Positions 48,996 to 58,900 of a DNA stretch of 64,000 bases are shown here, one piece after another; position 1 is the stretch's first letter, and every line of letters starts with the position of its first letter. The stretch is from Spirulina sp. Lineage in GTDB: Bacteria; Cyanobacteriota; Cyanobacteriia; Phormidesmidales; Phormidesmidaceae. Below the pieces are notes generated by a model. The model was not told the DNA's origin, made no database searches, and saw only the letters and a program-made list of their open reading frames with translations. A program made the translations under genes and the position numbers. The DNA is taken from NCBI GenBank assembly GCA_044070495.1, contig JBIPSI010000005.1, positions 64,001-128,000 on the forward strand, in the 5' to 3' direction.

Positions 48996-50864
48996 TTAAA
49001 AGACCAAATCTAGGCCGAGCTGGGCCAGATCGAGGCTGTAGATACGGCTTTGGTCGCCATCGAGTGTGCTCCACAAAAACTGAGTGGGGGATCGCTGCAC
49101 CATGGCGGTGGGGCAAGGCAGATTGGTGACTCGGTTGATGATTTGACCTTCTTCGTTCATTAACGACAGGTGGCCCTCGGTGTCTAGGAGGCCGTAGCCG
49201 ACCGCCGTTTCAAAAATCCATTGGGGATGAATATCCGCTCGATAGCGCACGATTCTTAGAGGTTTTAGATCAACCACCAGCAGGGATTGGGGCTGCCCAA
49301 CCTCCAGCGCCAGGTAGCGATAGGGTCGCTGGGTGGGCACCAGGTTGTGCAGCGATACGGGTAGCGGGATAGGCCCTAGGTAGTGCCCCCGCCGGGTAAC
49401 AAGGTGAACGATGGTTTTGTGGAGCTGCTGAACAACCAGACCAAGGTGATGGACATCGAGGACCAGCAGGGTGGTAATGTGGCCCTCGCCAATGGGAATC
49501 GAAACTCGACAGGCCGATGAAATTTTGATCGGGGACTGGTTGATCGAGGACTGGTTGATCGGGGACTGGGGCGAGCTTTTCAGGTGGCGAATGAGGAGGC
49601 TGGCGCTGGTAGCGTTGGTTTGCTGAACCGTGGCAAACCAACGCCCGTGGGGCGCGACGGCCACCTGAACCGGGCCACTCTCCTGGGCAATGCGGCCTAG
49701 GCCATGGGTCATGGAAAGGAGATGGAGGGAGGTGGAAGTGGCCAAAATGCCACCCTGGGGCAAGGGAAGAAACCGCTGTATGGATCCTGACAAGGTAAAG
49801 CCCTGGGTGGGGCCAGGGGCGGCTAGCAACCCCTGAGTTGGCCAATGGTAAAACCAGACGTGATCCTGGTGAGCGGCGATGAGTAGGCAGGGATGGTTCG
49901 GTAACGGGGCATCCGGTGCAGGCGGGGGATTGGTCATGGGTAAGGAAGTCAACCCCATGACGGTGATCGGGTGGGGCATGGCCACCCAGGAGAGGTGCGG
50001 TGCGGGCACGGGGTCGGGCCATACTTTGCCGCCGGGGGATATGGCTGCGAGTTTCCCGTCGCGACAGTCTTGGTAGATCTGACCAATGGCCTGGCGCATG
50101 GACTGGGCACTTTGAAAGCGCTTGGGAGCTAGCTTTTGCAACGATTTGACCACCACCGCCCGAATCGAGGCCGGTAGATCCTCCGGCACCTCAGGGGATT
50201 GGTTCATGTGGGCGACCATCAACTCCATGGGGGTGCCCGAAAAGGGCCGTTTCCCTAGCAGCATTTCGTAGAGAATGACGCCCACCGCATAGAGATCGGA
50301 GGTGAGGGGGTGCTGATTGTAAAAACGCTCTGGGGCCATGTAGGCGGGGGACCCCGAATGGCCCATGTCCGACTCGTTCACCTCCTGGCTGAGGCGGGCA
50401 ATGCCAAAATCGGAAATTCGCGCCACCCAGCCCCGAGGAGTAAGGGTAAGCAGAATATTTTCGGGTTTGATGTCGCAGTGGACGATGCCCTGCTGGTGGG
50501 CGTGGTCTAACCCCGCCAAAATATCCAGCACTAAGCCCAACATTTCCTCCCAAGACAAAATAATGTCGCTTTCTAGGATGGATCGCAGGGTGCCCCCTTC
50601 ACAGTAATCCATCACCAGGTAGCGCCCGTTGGCGGAATGTTCCAAGGCTTGGCAGGTGACAATGTTGGGATGCTCAAGGCTGAGCAAAAACCTCAGTTCC
50701 CGCAAAAACTTGTGGGTCGGGAACCGATCCCTATGCAGGTACTTGAGCGCTACCATCTCACCCGTTTTGCGATGGATGGCGCAGTACACCTGACCAAACT
50801 GCCCGTGGCCCACCAGGCCGAGCAGTCGATAGTGGGATCGTCGGATCGGTCGGGTAATCGCCAC
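48996..50864 (-). CDS. Ser/Thr protein kinase, SpkG/Slr0152-like, last gene of the V4R operon
   Basis: VGHGQFGQV, VALK, VHCDIKPEN, ISDFG, GSPAYMAPE; beta-rich C-terminal domain; GTG 50864 lies just after the upstream stop. Confidence 0.88.
   Translation of the reverse strand: MAITRPIRRSHYRLLGLVGHGQFGQVYCAIHRKTGEMVALKYLHRDRFPTHKFLRELRFLLSLEHPNIVTCQALEHSANGRYLVMDYCEGGTLRSILESDIILSWEEMLGLVLDILAGLDHAHQQGIVHCDIKPENILLTLTPRGWVARISDFGIARLSQEVNESDMGHSGSPAYMAPERFYNQHPLTSDLYAVGVILYEMLLGKRPFSGTPMELMVAHMNQSPEVPEDLPASIRAVVVKSLQKLAPKRFQSAQSMRQAIGQIYQDCRDGKLAAISPGGKVWPDPVPAPHLSWVAMPHPITVMGLTSLPMTNPPPAPDAPLPNHPCLLIAAHQDHVWFYHWPTQGLLAAPGPTQGFTLSGSIQRFLPLPQGGILATSTSLHLLSMTHGLGRIAQESGPVQVAVAPHGRWFATVQQTNATSASLLIRHLKSSPQSPINQSSINQSPIKISSACRVSIPIGEGHITTLLVLDVHHLGLVVQQLHKTIVHLVTRRGHYLGPIPLPVSLHNLVPTQRPYRYLALEVGQPQSLLVVDLKPLRIVRYRADIHPQWIFETAVGYGLLDTEGHLSLMNEEGQIINRVTNLPCPTAMVQRSPTQFLWSTLDGDQSRIYSLDLAQLGLDLVF
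49525..49569. repeat. In-frame 15-bp triple tandem repeat inside the kinase gene
   Basis: TTGATCG(G/A)GGACTGG three times, encoding QSPINQSSINQSPI. Confidence 0.9.
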
Positions 50865-50871
50865 TAGGCTC

Positions 50872-51534
50872 TCATCCCTGCTGTACCAGGGTTTGCATAA
50901 CGCTCTGGTGGGATTGACCATTGGCCACAAGGGCCGCCGCTGGCTGCAATCGTTTTGCTAGCCCCAGCACAAAGCGGTTAGCATCATCGCCCCGCGTCGT
51001 GCAGCTCGTTTGCACACAAACCAGTTCGCGTCCGGTGAGTTGGCTAAAGAAAATCTCTAAAATCCCTCGCTCCAGATCGCCGGAGGGCGTTTGGCTGGCG
51101 GGGGCGGCGGCGGTAAAGGGCGAGTGGGCAATCTCTAGACCTAGAAATCCCTGATCGCGGTAGGTAATGTCTAGGTGAATCTGGCCCCAGCCGTGGGTTT
51201 TCCAGCACTGCTGAAGGGACTGTAAAAACTCCGCCATAGACAAATTAGCCAGGGGCTGACTGTAGTAATCGGCGAGTTCTTCGCAGAAACGGGCGTAGAA
51301 ATTCTTGCCCCACCAGCGGCCACAGTTATAGAGCACCAGCTTAGAGGCTTGGCCCGTTTCCTTTTCCAAGCCCGCATAGATGGCTTGCAGTAGAGGCTCT
51401 GGAATGGCCAGGAGCCTATCTCCACGGCGGTTTTCGAGCAGTCCTAGCTCGGTAGAGCCGCGCACATAGAGATCCTGGGCAAAGTAGTTACCCGGTAGAC
51501 GGCCATCAACAAGTAGATCGGCAACGGAGACCAT
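50872..51534 (-). CDS. V4R domain protein (Slr0147-like)
   Basis: LLENRRGDRLLA.PE, YNCGRWWG, THGWG, LVCVQTSC. Confidence 0.85.
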   Translation of the reverse strand: MVSVADLLVDGRLPGNYFAQDLYVRGSTELGLLENRRGDRLLAIPEPLLQAIYAGLEKETGQASKLVLYNCGRWWGKNFYARFCEELADYYSQPLANLSMAEFLQSLQQCWKTHGWGQIHLDITYRDQGFLGLEIAHSPFTAAAPASQTPSGDLERGILEIFFSQLTGRELVCVQTSCTTRGDDANRFVLGLAKRLQPAAALVANGQSHQSVMQTLVQQG

Positions 51535-51633
51535 AGGATTGATTCCCTCACAGGTACGGTGGATGGGGGGCTGGGAACATTCAGACCAGCATGGCCCCAG
51601 GGTATACACGGGCAATGGATGGGCCTAAGGCCA

Positions 51634-52155
51634 CTAGAGCAGACCCGCCAGGGGATCGAGATCCATCGCCGCTGGAGCCGGAGCCGTCGCTGGGGGCAAG
51701 GAGCCTAGCATTAACTCCCGCGCCTTGGTCATCCCTGGCTTCAGGAGATTGATTTGGGCCGGGCTTAGCACCTTAGCCAGTTGTTGATCCAGCAGTTGAA
51801 ACAGTTGTTGATCGAGAGCTTGGGTTTCGTGGGCTTTGACCATCTCCGGCAGCCAGCCCTGCAAGCGCCCTTCCACAAAGGCGCTGTCGTCTAACAGCAT
51901 GGCCATGGCCACGTAGCGTAGCGCCATCAGGCCATGGCGCACGCTGCGCTCCACCTTAGCCTCCGGTTCTTGGGTGCGTTGTTGTAGGGCATCGGCAATG
52001 GGCTGCATGATGGCAATTTCCTGATCGCGCAGGATACGGTAAACCGCGATGCGCTCAGGAATTGAGCTAACGTACTGGCTCAGCAGCGTCAGATCGTTGG
52101 CATCAAGGTAGGGCTTTTCCGCGTTTTCAAACAGGCTGTCGAGTTTGAACGTCAT
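51634..52155 (-). CDS. Phycobiliprotein/globin-like protein (Slr0146-like) without the bilin Cys
   Basis: AEKPYL...DL, LRYVAMAMLLDD globin pattern. Confidence 0.78.
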   Translation of the reverse strand: MTFKLDSLFENAEKPYLDANDLTLLSQYVSSIPERIAVYRILRDQEIAIMQPIADALQQRTQEPEAKVERSVRHGLMALRYVAMAMLLDDSAFVEGRLQGWLPEMVKAHETQALDQQLFQLLDQQLAKVLSPAQINLLKPGMTKARELMLGSLPPATAPAPAAMDLDPLAGLL

Positions 52156-52217
52156 GATCCGATCCTTCGTGAGGCGTGCAGGGCAGCAGATAAGGGAAGG
52201 CCGCTAGGGCCATGGGC

Positions 52218-52544
52218 TTAGCCAAACAGGCTGGAGAAATCGTCCAGGGTGAGATCATCGCTGGGGGCGTCGTTGGCCGGGGTGGGTGCCTCGAGGGGCG
52301 CAATGGGAACCCCAATGGTGGGCTTGCCCTCCCAGGCCATCATCTCGAAGAATTGGCTTACCGTTAGAGTGAGGGGGGACTCGGCGGTTCCTGGGCTGGC
52401 GGCACTGGCGGGGCCAGCGGAGGAAACCTGGTGGGTCGGCATTCCACTCCAGGGTACGCCCTCAAAAAAGGCCTGGACGGTCTCGCGCAGCCAGGGTTGG
52501 GTGCCCTTATGGCCATTGGTGGCAGTGAGGGTTGCGGATATCAT
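52218..52544 (-). CDS. Hypothetical protein (Slr0145-like) with two FFxxxxW motifs
   Basis: TVQAFFEGVPW and TVSQFFEMMAW repeats; C-terminal LTLDDFSSLF; start overlaps the upstream stop. Confidence 0.72.
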   Translation of the reverse strand: MISATLTATNGHKGTQPWLRETVQAFFEGVPWSGMPTHQVSSAGPASAASPGTAESPLTLTVSQFFEMMAWEGKPTIGVPIAPLEAPTPANDAPSDDLTLDDFSSLFG

Positions 52545-53224
52545 GCGCCACCTTCCCCAGCCCGCAGGCGCTTCTCAATGTCACGGGCGTTGGCCCCTTC
52601 ATTCATCCAGAAGGCGGCGGCGTCGATGCGTTCGCGACCTCCTAGCAGGAATTTGCAGTAGGTTTCGCCCATGGAGTAGCACTGAATTTCAATGCAGCTC
52701 AGTTGCTTGCGCACCATTTCGGTGAAGAATCCGGCGAACAATCCGGCATAGATATGGCACACAGGCTTACCCACATCCCCTAGGGTACGGGCCACGGCGG
52801 AGTCAAACAGGTTGATGAACATGAACCCCTGCTTGCGGTCGCTCATGTCTACCTCCCAACGGCCCCAGCCCTGGGAAATGTAGGGCCACCACCAGGTTTC
52901 TAGCAGAAACATCAGGTTGGCCCGTCGGGGGCTCATGGAAAACTCCTTCTCAAACCAGGTTTCAAACTGGAGGGAGTCGAACTTGCCCCACTCTAGGCCC
53001 ACGGTGTACATGATGGCGGAGGAGGCATCCCCCACCTCCTCCTGGAGCCCCTCGAGTAGACCAATGATGAAGTCTTCACTGGTCAACACATTGCGGGTGT
53101 CGTTCCAGTCGGTGATGGTGCCGTAATCGGTGTTGAACTGGAAAAAGTCCTTGAGGGCATAGTGATTATGCTTCCTCGGAAGTTTTTGGTGCAGACGATG
53201 GGCTGTCTCTGGGGTCATAACCAT
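52541..53224 (-). CDS. V4R domain protein (Slr0144-like)
   Basis: KHNHY...FF, QGWG, KPVCHIYAGLFAG, CIEIQCYSMGETYCKF. Confidence 0.88.
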   Translation of the reverse strand: MVMTPETAHRLHQKLPRKHNHYALKDFFQFNTDYGTITDWNDTRNVLTSEDFIIGLLEGLQEEVGDASSAIMYTVGLEWGKFDSLQFETWFEKEFSMSPRRANLMFLLETWWWPYISQGWGRWEVDMSDRKQGFMFINLFDSAVARTLGDVGKPVCHIYAGLFAGFFTEMVRKQLSCIEIQCYSMGETYCKFLLGGRERIDAAAFWMNEGANARDIEKRLRAGEGGA

Positions 53225-53727
53225 GGTCTATCAAGCCTTGAAGGTTTCTCACTGCTATAAGTAATGTGCCCACGCTAGGCCAGAATTAACAGGGTTTTTA
53301 ATCAATGTTGATGCTAAGGGTTAGCTTCCCCTTGTCGCCAATCACCTAGACTGAGGGAGATCCAGCGATCCCCGCCCATCCCGTCCGCCATCGGCAGACA
53401 CAAAACTTATTCCGAATTCCCTTGGCCCTGCGCTGACCCAGGGCAATTTGGCATGGTTGAGATACCCCTAGCCCCCTAGATGACCCTAATGGCTAAGGCT
53501 AGGTCTGCGGGCTAAGGAAACCTTAGCTCTGGATCCCATCGCCCTGGCCGCAACAAAACTTAAACCCTTCTGGCCCACGGGAATCGTGCAGTCGTAGTAA
53601 TCTGTTGAACGTGGAAGTCAACCCTATTGAGGTTCTCGCTCGGTTCTTGTTAGTAGAACAAGGCCAAAAAGGGGTTTGGGCCTTAATAGATTGTCATAAA
53701 TACTTGGTTTTCAAGAGGGCATTATTT

Positions 53728-53934
53728 ATGGTTCAACGCGGTTCTAAGGTTCGGATTCTCCGCAAAGAGTCCTACTGGTATCGGGATGTGGGTACCGTGG
53801 CCACCATTGACCAAAGCGGCATCAAGTATCCCGCCGTGGTTCGCTTTGAAAAGGTGAACTACTCTGGCATCAACACCAACAACTTTGCACTCTCTGAACT
53901 GGAAGAAGTGGAAGCGCCCAAGGCGAAGAAGTAA
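53728..53934 (+). CDS. psaE: Photosystem I subunit IV
   Basis: [38 protein letters not shown]. Confidence 0.97.
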   Translation: MVQRGSKVRILRKESYWYRDVGTVATIDQSGIKYPAVVRFEKVNYSGINTNNFALSELEEVEAPKAKK

Positions 53935-54107
53935 GCCTATCCTCTTGGACAACGCCACGCTCTGACGGTTATCCCATACACGCCCCTGCTGTCCACCCTC
54001 TACCCCACGCTTGACCCTTGGTCTCGGTGGGGCTGAGTAAGGGTTGCAGGGGTGTTGTGTTTTGGGGCTAGGATCAGCCTACTGTGCGTTGTTTGTTGGA
54101 GACCCCT

Positions 54108-54956
54108 GTGCCCGAACTGCCCGAAGTTGAAACTGTCCGCCGTGGGCTCAACCGTGTCACCCTCCATCGGCCCATCGTCAACGGTGATGTCTTACTGGCC
54201 CGCACCCTGGCCCATCCCCCCAGCCCAGAGGCGTTTTGGGCCGGATTGATCCATACCCACCTCACCGATTGGCAGCGCCGGGGTAAATACCTATTAGGAC
54301 AGTTGGCGAACGGAGAGGGAGAATCGGCGGGCTATCTGGGGGTTCACCTGCGGATGACCGGGCAGTTGCTCTGGGTCGAACCGGCGGAACCCGTGCCCAA
54401 CCATTGCCGGGTCAGAATCTTTCTCGCAGACAACCACGAACTGCGCTACATCGACCAACGCACCTTTGGTCGCCTGTGGTGGGTGCCGCCCGGTCAGGAT
54501 CCAGCCTCGGTGATCACCGGACTGCAAGCCTTAGGGCCAGAACCCTTTGATAAGGCGTTTTCCCCGGCCTACCTCAAAGCACGCCTTGCCCGCAGTCACC
54601 GCCCGATTAAAAACGCGCTGTTGGATCAATCCCTGGTGGCGGGTATTGGCAATATCTACGCCGACGAAGCCCTCTTCCTCAGCGGCCTGCGCCCCACGGT
54701 TTTGTCCCATCAGATTGGTCTTCGCCGCCTGACTAAGCTCCACGAAGCCATTCTCCAGGTACTCACCACCAGCATCGAATCCGGCGGCACCACCTTCAGC
54801 GACTACCGGGATATCTACGGCATCAACGGCAACTATGGCGGCGTGGCCTGGGTCTACGACCGGGAAGGACAGCCCTGCCGCGTCTGCCAAACCCCCATTC
54901 AGCGCATCAAGTTGGCGGGGCGTTCGGCCCACTATTGCCCCCAGTGCCAGCGGTAG
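54108..54956 (+). CDS. mutM: Formamidopyrimidine-DNA glycosylase
   Basis: PELPEVE, RRGKYL, HLRMTG, GIGNIYADE, C-terminal zinc finger. Confidence 0.96.
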   Translation: MPELPEVETVRRGLNRVTLHRPIVNGDVLLARTLAHPPSPEAFWAGLIHTHLTDWQRRGKYLLGQLANGEGESAGYLGVHLRMTGQLLWVEPAEPVPNHCRVRIFLADNHELRYIDQRTFGRLWWVPPGQDPASVITGLQALGPEPFDKAFSPAYLKARLARSHRPIKNALLDQSLVAGIGNIYADEALFLSGLRPTVLSHQIGLRRLTKLHEAILQVLTTSIESGGTTFSDYRDIYGINGNYGGVAWVYDREGQPCRVCQTPIQRIKLAGRSAHYCPQCQR

Positions 54957-54958
54957 GA

Positions 54959-55219
54959 CTAGAGCTTGGCGCGAATGGTGAAGGAATAGTCTCCCCCTGG
55001 CTCCAGTTGGTAGTCACAGCGCTCCAAAAAGCGACTGAGGGGTTCGCAAATCAACGCTCGTCCTAGGGAGGGTTCAATGCGTAGCTGGCCCTGACGAAAG
55101 CGCCACTGAAACTGCCAGGCATAATCGCTAGCCCTCACTTCGCCCTCAATGCGACCCTGACTCCAGGACTGATGGGTAATACGCACGTAGGCGGTGGTTT
55201 CGGAGGGACGAGTAGGCAC
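54959..55219 (-). CDS. DUF3146 family protein
   Basis: ETTAYVRIT.QSW..G.IEGEV..PSLGRALI.EPL.RFLE..DYQLEPGGDY; start uncertain. Confidence 0.8.
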   Translation of the reverse strand: MPTRPSETTAYVRITHQSWSQGRIEGEVRASDYAWQFQWRFRQGQLRIEPSLGRALICEPLSRFLERCDYQLEPGGDYSFTIRAKL

Positions 55220-55526
55220 GACGATTACACAGGGGCAAGGGGACGGGGTAGGAGGGCGTAGGGAATGCCAGGGCAGTGGTGAAAGTTCCTTTTCCATAGG
55301 TACCATACCTCTAGAGTAGAGAGCCTATGGTACGAATGCCGTGAACCTCGCTACAGCCCAGCCGAGCCTGGCGTAACGGATTTTTTGAGAACCGTTTAAT
55401 CCAAGACGAAAAAACGGTAGCCTAGGATGAAGCCCTATGGTCGGTTTACCGTGCCCAGCCTCACGCATGGGTGCCGCACACCGGAATGTCGGTGCTCTTT
55501 TTTTAGCTCAACGTTGGAAACTGCCT

Positions 55527-56444
55527 GTGCCCAAGGTCGGCATCATCTATAACGACATTAAGCCCGTTGCCCAGCAGGTTGCCCTAGAGTGGCAAGAAAA
55601 GCTGGAGGGGCAAGGGTTAGAAGTTGTCCTTGCCACCGGGGCCGGAGGCATCCTGGGCTACTCTAGCCCAGAGCGGCCCATGTGTCACACCCCCCTCGAT
55701 AGTTTGGTGCCGCCCCAGTTTGATGCAGACATGTTGTTTGCCCTGGTGCTGGGGGGAGATGGCACCGTTCTAGCCGCCTTTAGGCAACTGGCCCCCATTG
55801 GCATTCCGCTGCTCACCATCAACACCGGCCACATGGGCTTTCTCACCGAAGCCTACCTCAACCAACTGCCCCAGGCCATGGCCCAAGTGCTGGCGGGGGA
55901 GTACGAAATTGAAGAGCGATCCATGCTGGCGGTCAAACTTTGCCAGGGTGACGCCTTAATTTGGGAAGCCCTCTGCCTCAACGAAATGGTGCTGCACCGG
56001 GAACCCCTCACCAGCATGTGCCACTTCGAGGTTGGCATTGGTCGCCATTCCCCCGTAGACATCGCCGCCGATGGCATCATTATTTCCACTCCTACGGGTT
56101 CCACCGCCTACGCCCTCTCTGCCGGTGGCCCAGTGATTACCCCTGGCGTATCGGTGACCCAACTCATCCCCATTTGTCCCCATTCCCTGGCCTCGCGGGG
56201 GCTGGTCTTTCCCGATCACGAAGCCGTCAGCATTCATTCAGCCAACACCGACCCCCTGGTGATGATTGTGGATGGCAACGCCGGTTGCTACGTCATGCCC
56301 GGAGACTGGGTGAGCACCTGCCGCGCCCCCTACATGGCCCGATTTATTCGGCTGCGTTCCCCAGAGTTCTTCAAGGTGCTGCGGGAAAAACTGGGCTGGG
56401 GCCTACCCCACATCGCCAAACCCACCTCCGTTGAGTTGCCCTAG
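55527..56444 (+). CDS. nadK: NAD(+) kinase
   Basis: [34 protein letters not shown]. Confidence 0.93.
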   Translation: MPKVGIIYNDIKPVAQQVALEWQEKLEGQGLEVVLATGAGGILGYSSPERPMCHTPLDSLVPPQFDADMLFALVLGGDGTVLAAFRQLAPIGIPLLTINTGHMGFLTEAYLNQLPQAMAQVLAGEYEIEERSMLAVKLCQGDALIWEALCLNEMVLHREPLTSMCHFEVGIGRHSPVDIAADGIIISTPTGSTAYALSAGGPVITPGVSVTQLIPICPHSLASRGLVFPDHEAVSIHSANTDPLVMIVDGNAGCYVMPGDWVSTCRAPYMARFIRLRSPEFFKVLREKLGWGLPHIAKPTSVELP

Positions 56445-56578
56445 CGATTCGGTTAGAGCTAAAAGATCCTTGCCGCGAAATACCGCCTTGCCTATTCCGG
56501 GTCAAGGCCAGTTGCAAAAACGGCTGAGCCGCATCATCCATTGCACACCTAGCCGTATCGTCTTTGGGTTAACTAGCC

Positions 56579-57319
56579 CTAGCCCAGCGTGGCCTTAAAT
56601 AGGTCTAGAGTGTGTTCCCAAGCATCCTTGGCGGCGGCGGCATTGTAGCTCTCGCGCTGGTCGCAGAAAAAGCCGTGGTCGGCATCGGCGTAGCGAAAAA
56701 TCTTGTGGGGAATTTCGCACTGGGTGAGGGTTGCTTCGATAGCATTTACTTCCTCTAGAGAAATCAGCGGATCCTTTTCGCCAAAGAATCCATAGACCGT
56801 GCCGCCAATCTCCCCCGTGCGGCTGAGGGTGGGGGCACCGCCGCCCGGAGTGCTATTCACAATACCCGCCCCATAGAACGCAGCCGTTGCCTTCACCTGA
56901 GACAGGGTTGCCGCCAGATAGGCCACATGGCCCCCAAAGCAAAAGCCCATGCAGCCCACCCCCACCGGGCGCACATTCTCCTTAGACAGCAGAAAATCAA
57001 TGGCCCCCTGTACATCGCTGAGCAATTCTTCGGCACGGGTGCCCATCTTATAGTCGCGCCCTTGGGCTAGGGCTTCCTCGGTGTAGCCCACCTCAAAATT
57101 GGGAGCTTGGCGATGGTAAATGTGGGGTGCAATGGCCACATAGCCCGCTGCGGCTAGGCGTTCGGTGACTTCGCGAATGTGGCTGTTTACCCCAAACACT
57201 TCTTGAATGACCACAACGCCGCCAAACATCCCCTCACGGGAGGGTTCAGCTAAATAGGCCGGAATTTGCAGATTGCCGCTAGTAATGGAAACGGTGGCGC
57301 TACGCACAAGGGAAGACAT
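56579..57319 (-). CDS. Dienelactone hydrolase family protein
   Basis: QEVFGVN, GFCFGG, EKDP, HGF. Confidence 0.92.
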   Translation of the reverse strand: MSSLVRSATVSITSGNLQIPAYLAEPSREGMFGGVVVIQEVFGVNSHIREVTERLAAAGYVAIAPHIYHRQAPNFEVGYTEEALAQGRDYKMGTRAEELLSDVQGAIDFLLSKENVRPVGVGCMGFCFGGHVAYLAATLSQVKATAAFYGAGIVNSTPGGGAPTLSRTGEIGGTVYGFFGEKDPLISLEEVNAIEATLTQCEIPHKIFRYADADHGFFCDQRESYNAAAAKDAWEHTLDLFKATLG

Positions 57320-57500
57320 GGTGAATTGAGGAGGTGAGGAACATTCCCTACCTTACCGCTGGGGCCGAGGCAAATGTCAAAAATTATTGCGTTGCCCCAC
57401 CACACAGCGGCGAAGGCGGCGACTTTTGAAAGTTTCGTCCTAAATTAGCAGTACTGCCTGTGGATCAACGGGATAGTTCTCACCTGAATCTTCTCGCAGA

Positions 57501-57684
57501 GGGCTACTGCTTATACATAAGGCTCTATTGATCCCCCCTGCCCCCCTTAAGAAGGGGGGAACTAGAGGAAGGGTTGCCCTTTCTAAGAGGGAAGCTAGCG
57601 TCAAAGTCCCCCTTTCCAAGGGGGATTTAGGGGGATCTCCCAGGCTGTGGTTGAAGCAGTCAAGCCCTGTATAAGCAGCAGCCC
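57501..57684. mobile_element. MITE with 17-bp terminal inverted repeats, apparently inserted into another repeat
   Basis: GGGCTACTGCTTATACA / TGTATAAGCAGCAGCCC (16 of 17 match); internal CCCCCTT..AAGGGGG palindromes. Confidence 0.75.
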
Positions 57685-57751
57685 AGTGGGAGAGGGGTTG
57701 GGGGTGAGGGCCAAGGAATCCCACAGCAGCCATTTAAGGGAGGTAAGTGCG

Positions 57752-58738
57752 GTGGTGCAGTTTCATATTCAACCCGATAGCGACATTCCCGCTTCGACCC
57801 AGCTCTACGACCAAATTTGGTTTGCCATTGCCTCCCGCCAGTATCCGCCGGGGTATCGGCTGCCCAGCACCCGCCAACTGGCCATGCACACGGGCCTGCA
57901 CCGCAACACCATCAGCAAGGTCTATCGCCAGCTTGAGGATGCCGGAGTGGTCGAGGCCATGCCGGGATCGGGCATCTACGTGCGAGAGCAGGGCGTGGGG
58001 GAAAGTGCGCGGCCCCAGTCGGCTCTGTGGGATGAGTTTCCCCAGGCGCGGGAGGTGGTGGAATCGGGCTTGGATGAATTGCTGCGCCAGGGCTGTTCCC
58101 TCAACCAGGCGCGGGAATTGTTTTTGGCCGAGATTGACTGGCGGCTGCGGTGCAGTGCGCGGGTGCTAGTGACGGTGCCCCACCAAGACATTGGCGCGGG
58201 TCAGTTGATTGCGCGGGAACTAGAGGCCGCTTTAAAAATTCCCCTGCAACTGGTGCCCCTCGAAGAACTCGATGTGGTGCTGGCCCAGGCTCGATCTGGC
58301 ACGGTGGTCACCAGCCGCTACTTCATCAACGAAGCCGAGGCCATCGCCGCCCCCAAATCTGTGCGCGTGATTGCCGTGGATATTTACGACTACAAAAAGG
58401 AACTCAGCCTGCTGAAGGACTTGCCCAAGGGCACCTGCCTGGGGATGGTTAGCCTCAGTACGGGCATTTTGCGCGCCGCCGAGGTGATCAGCTACAGCCT
58501 GCGCGGCGACGACATCCTGGTGATGACCGCCCAAACCGAAGACAGCTACAAGCTGGGGGCCGTGGTGCGTAGCGCCCAAACCATTGTGGTGTTTGACGAA
58601 GCTAGTTTGCCTGCCGTCAAAAAAAACATCACCGAGGCCCGCGAAGATCTGATCCGCCCACCCCACCTGATCGTCTGCGACAACTACATCGGCGAAAAAT
58701 CCATCAACCTGCTGAAGCGAGAACTAGGGTTGGACTAA
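57752..58738 (+). CDS. plmA: GntR family regulator, PlmA subfamily
   Basis: QFHIQPDSDIPASTQL, LPSTRQLA..TGLHRNTISKVY, EIDWRLRCSARVLV; divergent from the dienelactone hydrolase gene. Confidence 0.9.
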   Translation: MVQFHIQPDSDIPASTQLYDQIWFAIASRQYPPGYRLPSTRQLAMHTGLHRNTISKVYRQLEDAGVVEAMPGSGIYVREQGVGESARPQSALWDEFPQAREVVESGLDELLRQGCSLNQARELFLAEIDWRLRCSARVLVTVPHQDIGAGQLIARELEAALKIPLQLVPLEELDVVLAQARSGTVVTSRYFINEAEAIAAPKSVRVIAVDIYDYKKELSLLKDLPKGTCLGMVSLSTGILRAAEVISYSLRGDDILVMTAQTEDSYKLGAVVRSAQTIVVFDEASLPAVKKNITEAREDLIRPPHLIVCDNYIGEKSINLLKRELGLD

Positions 58739-58900
58739 TACCTACGATTGCAATTTCTAATCCAATACATCTATCAAAAGGTAGATGTACGGTGACGTTT
58801 TATGACGGATTTGGGCACCTTAGAGGAGCGTCCCGCCATGGTTATAGGCGTCGCTTTTTCCTTGTCTTCTCCTCCCTTTTCTAAGTTCCCTCATTCCGCC

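Noticed and set aside
57440..57733. 97-aa minus-strand ORF and the N-terminal extension of plmA from 57647
   Set aside because: Both are translations of repeat DNA; plmA homology starts near 57752, after a GGAGG.
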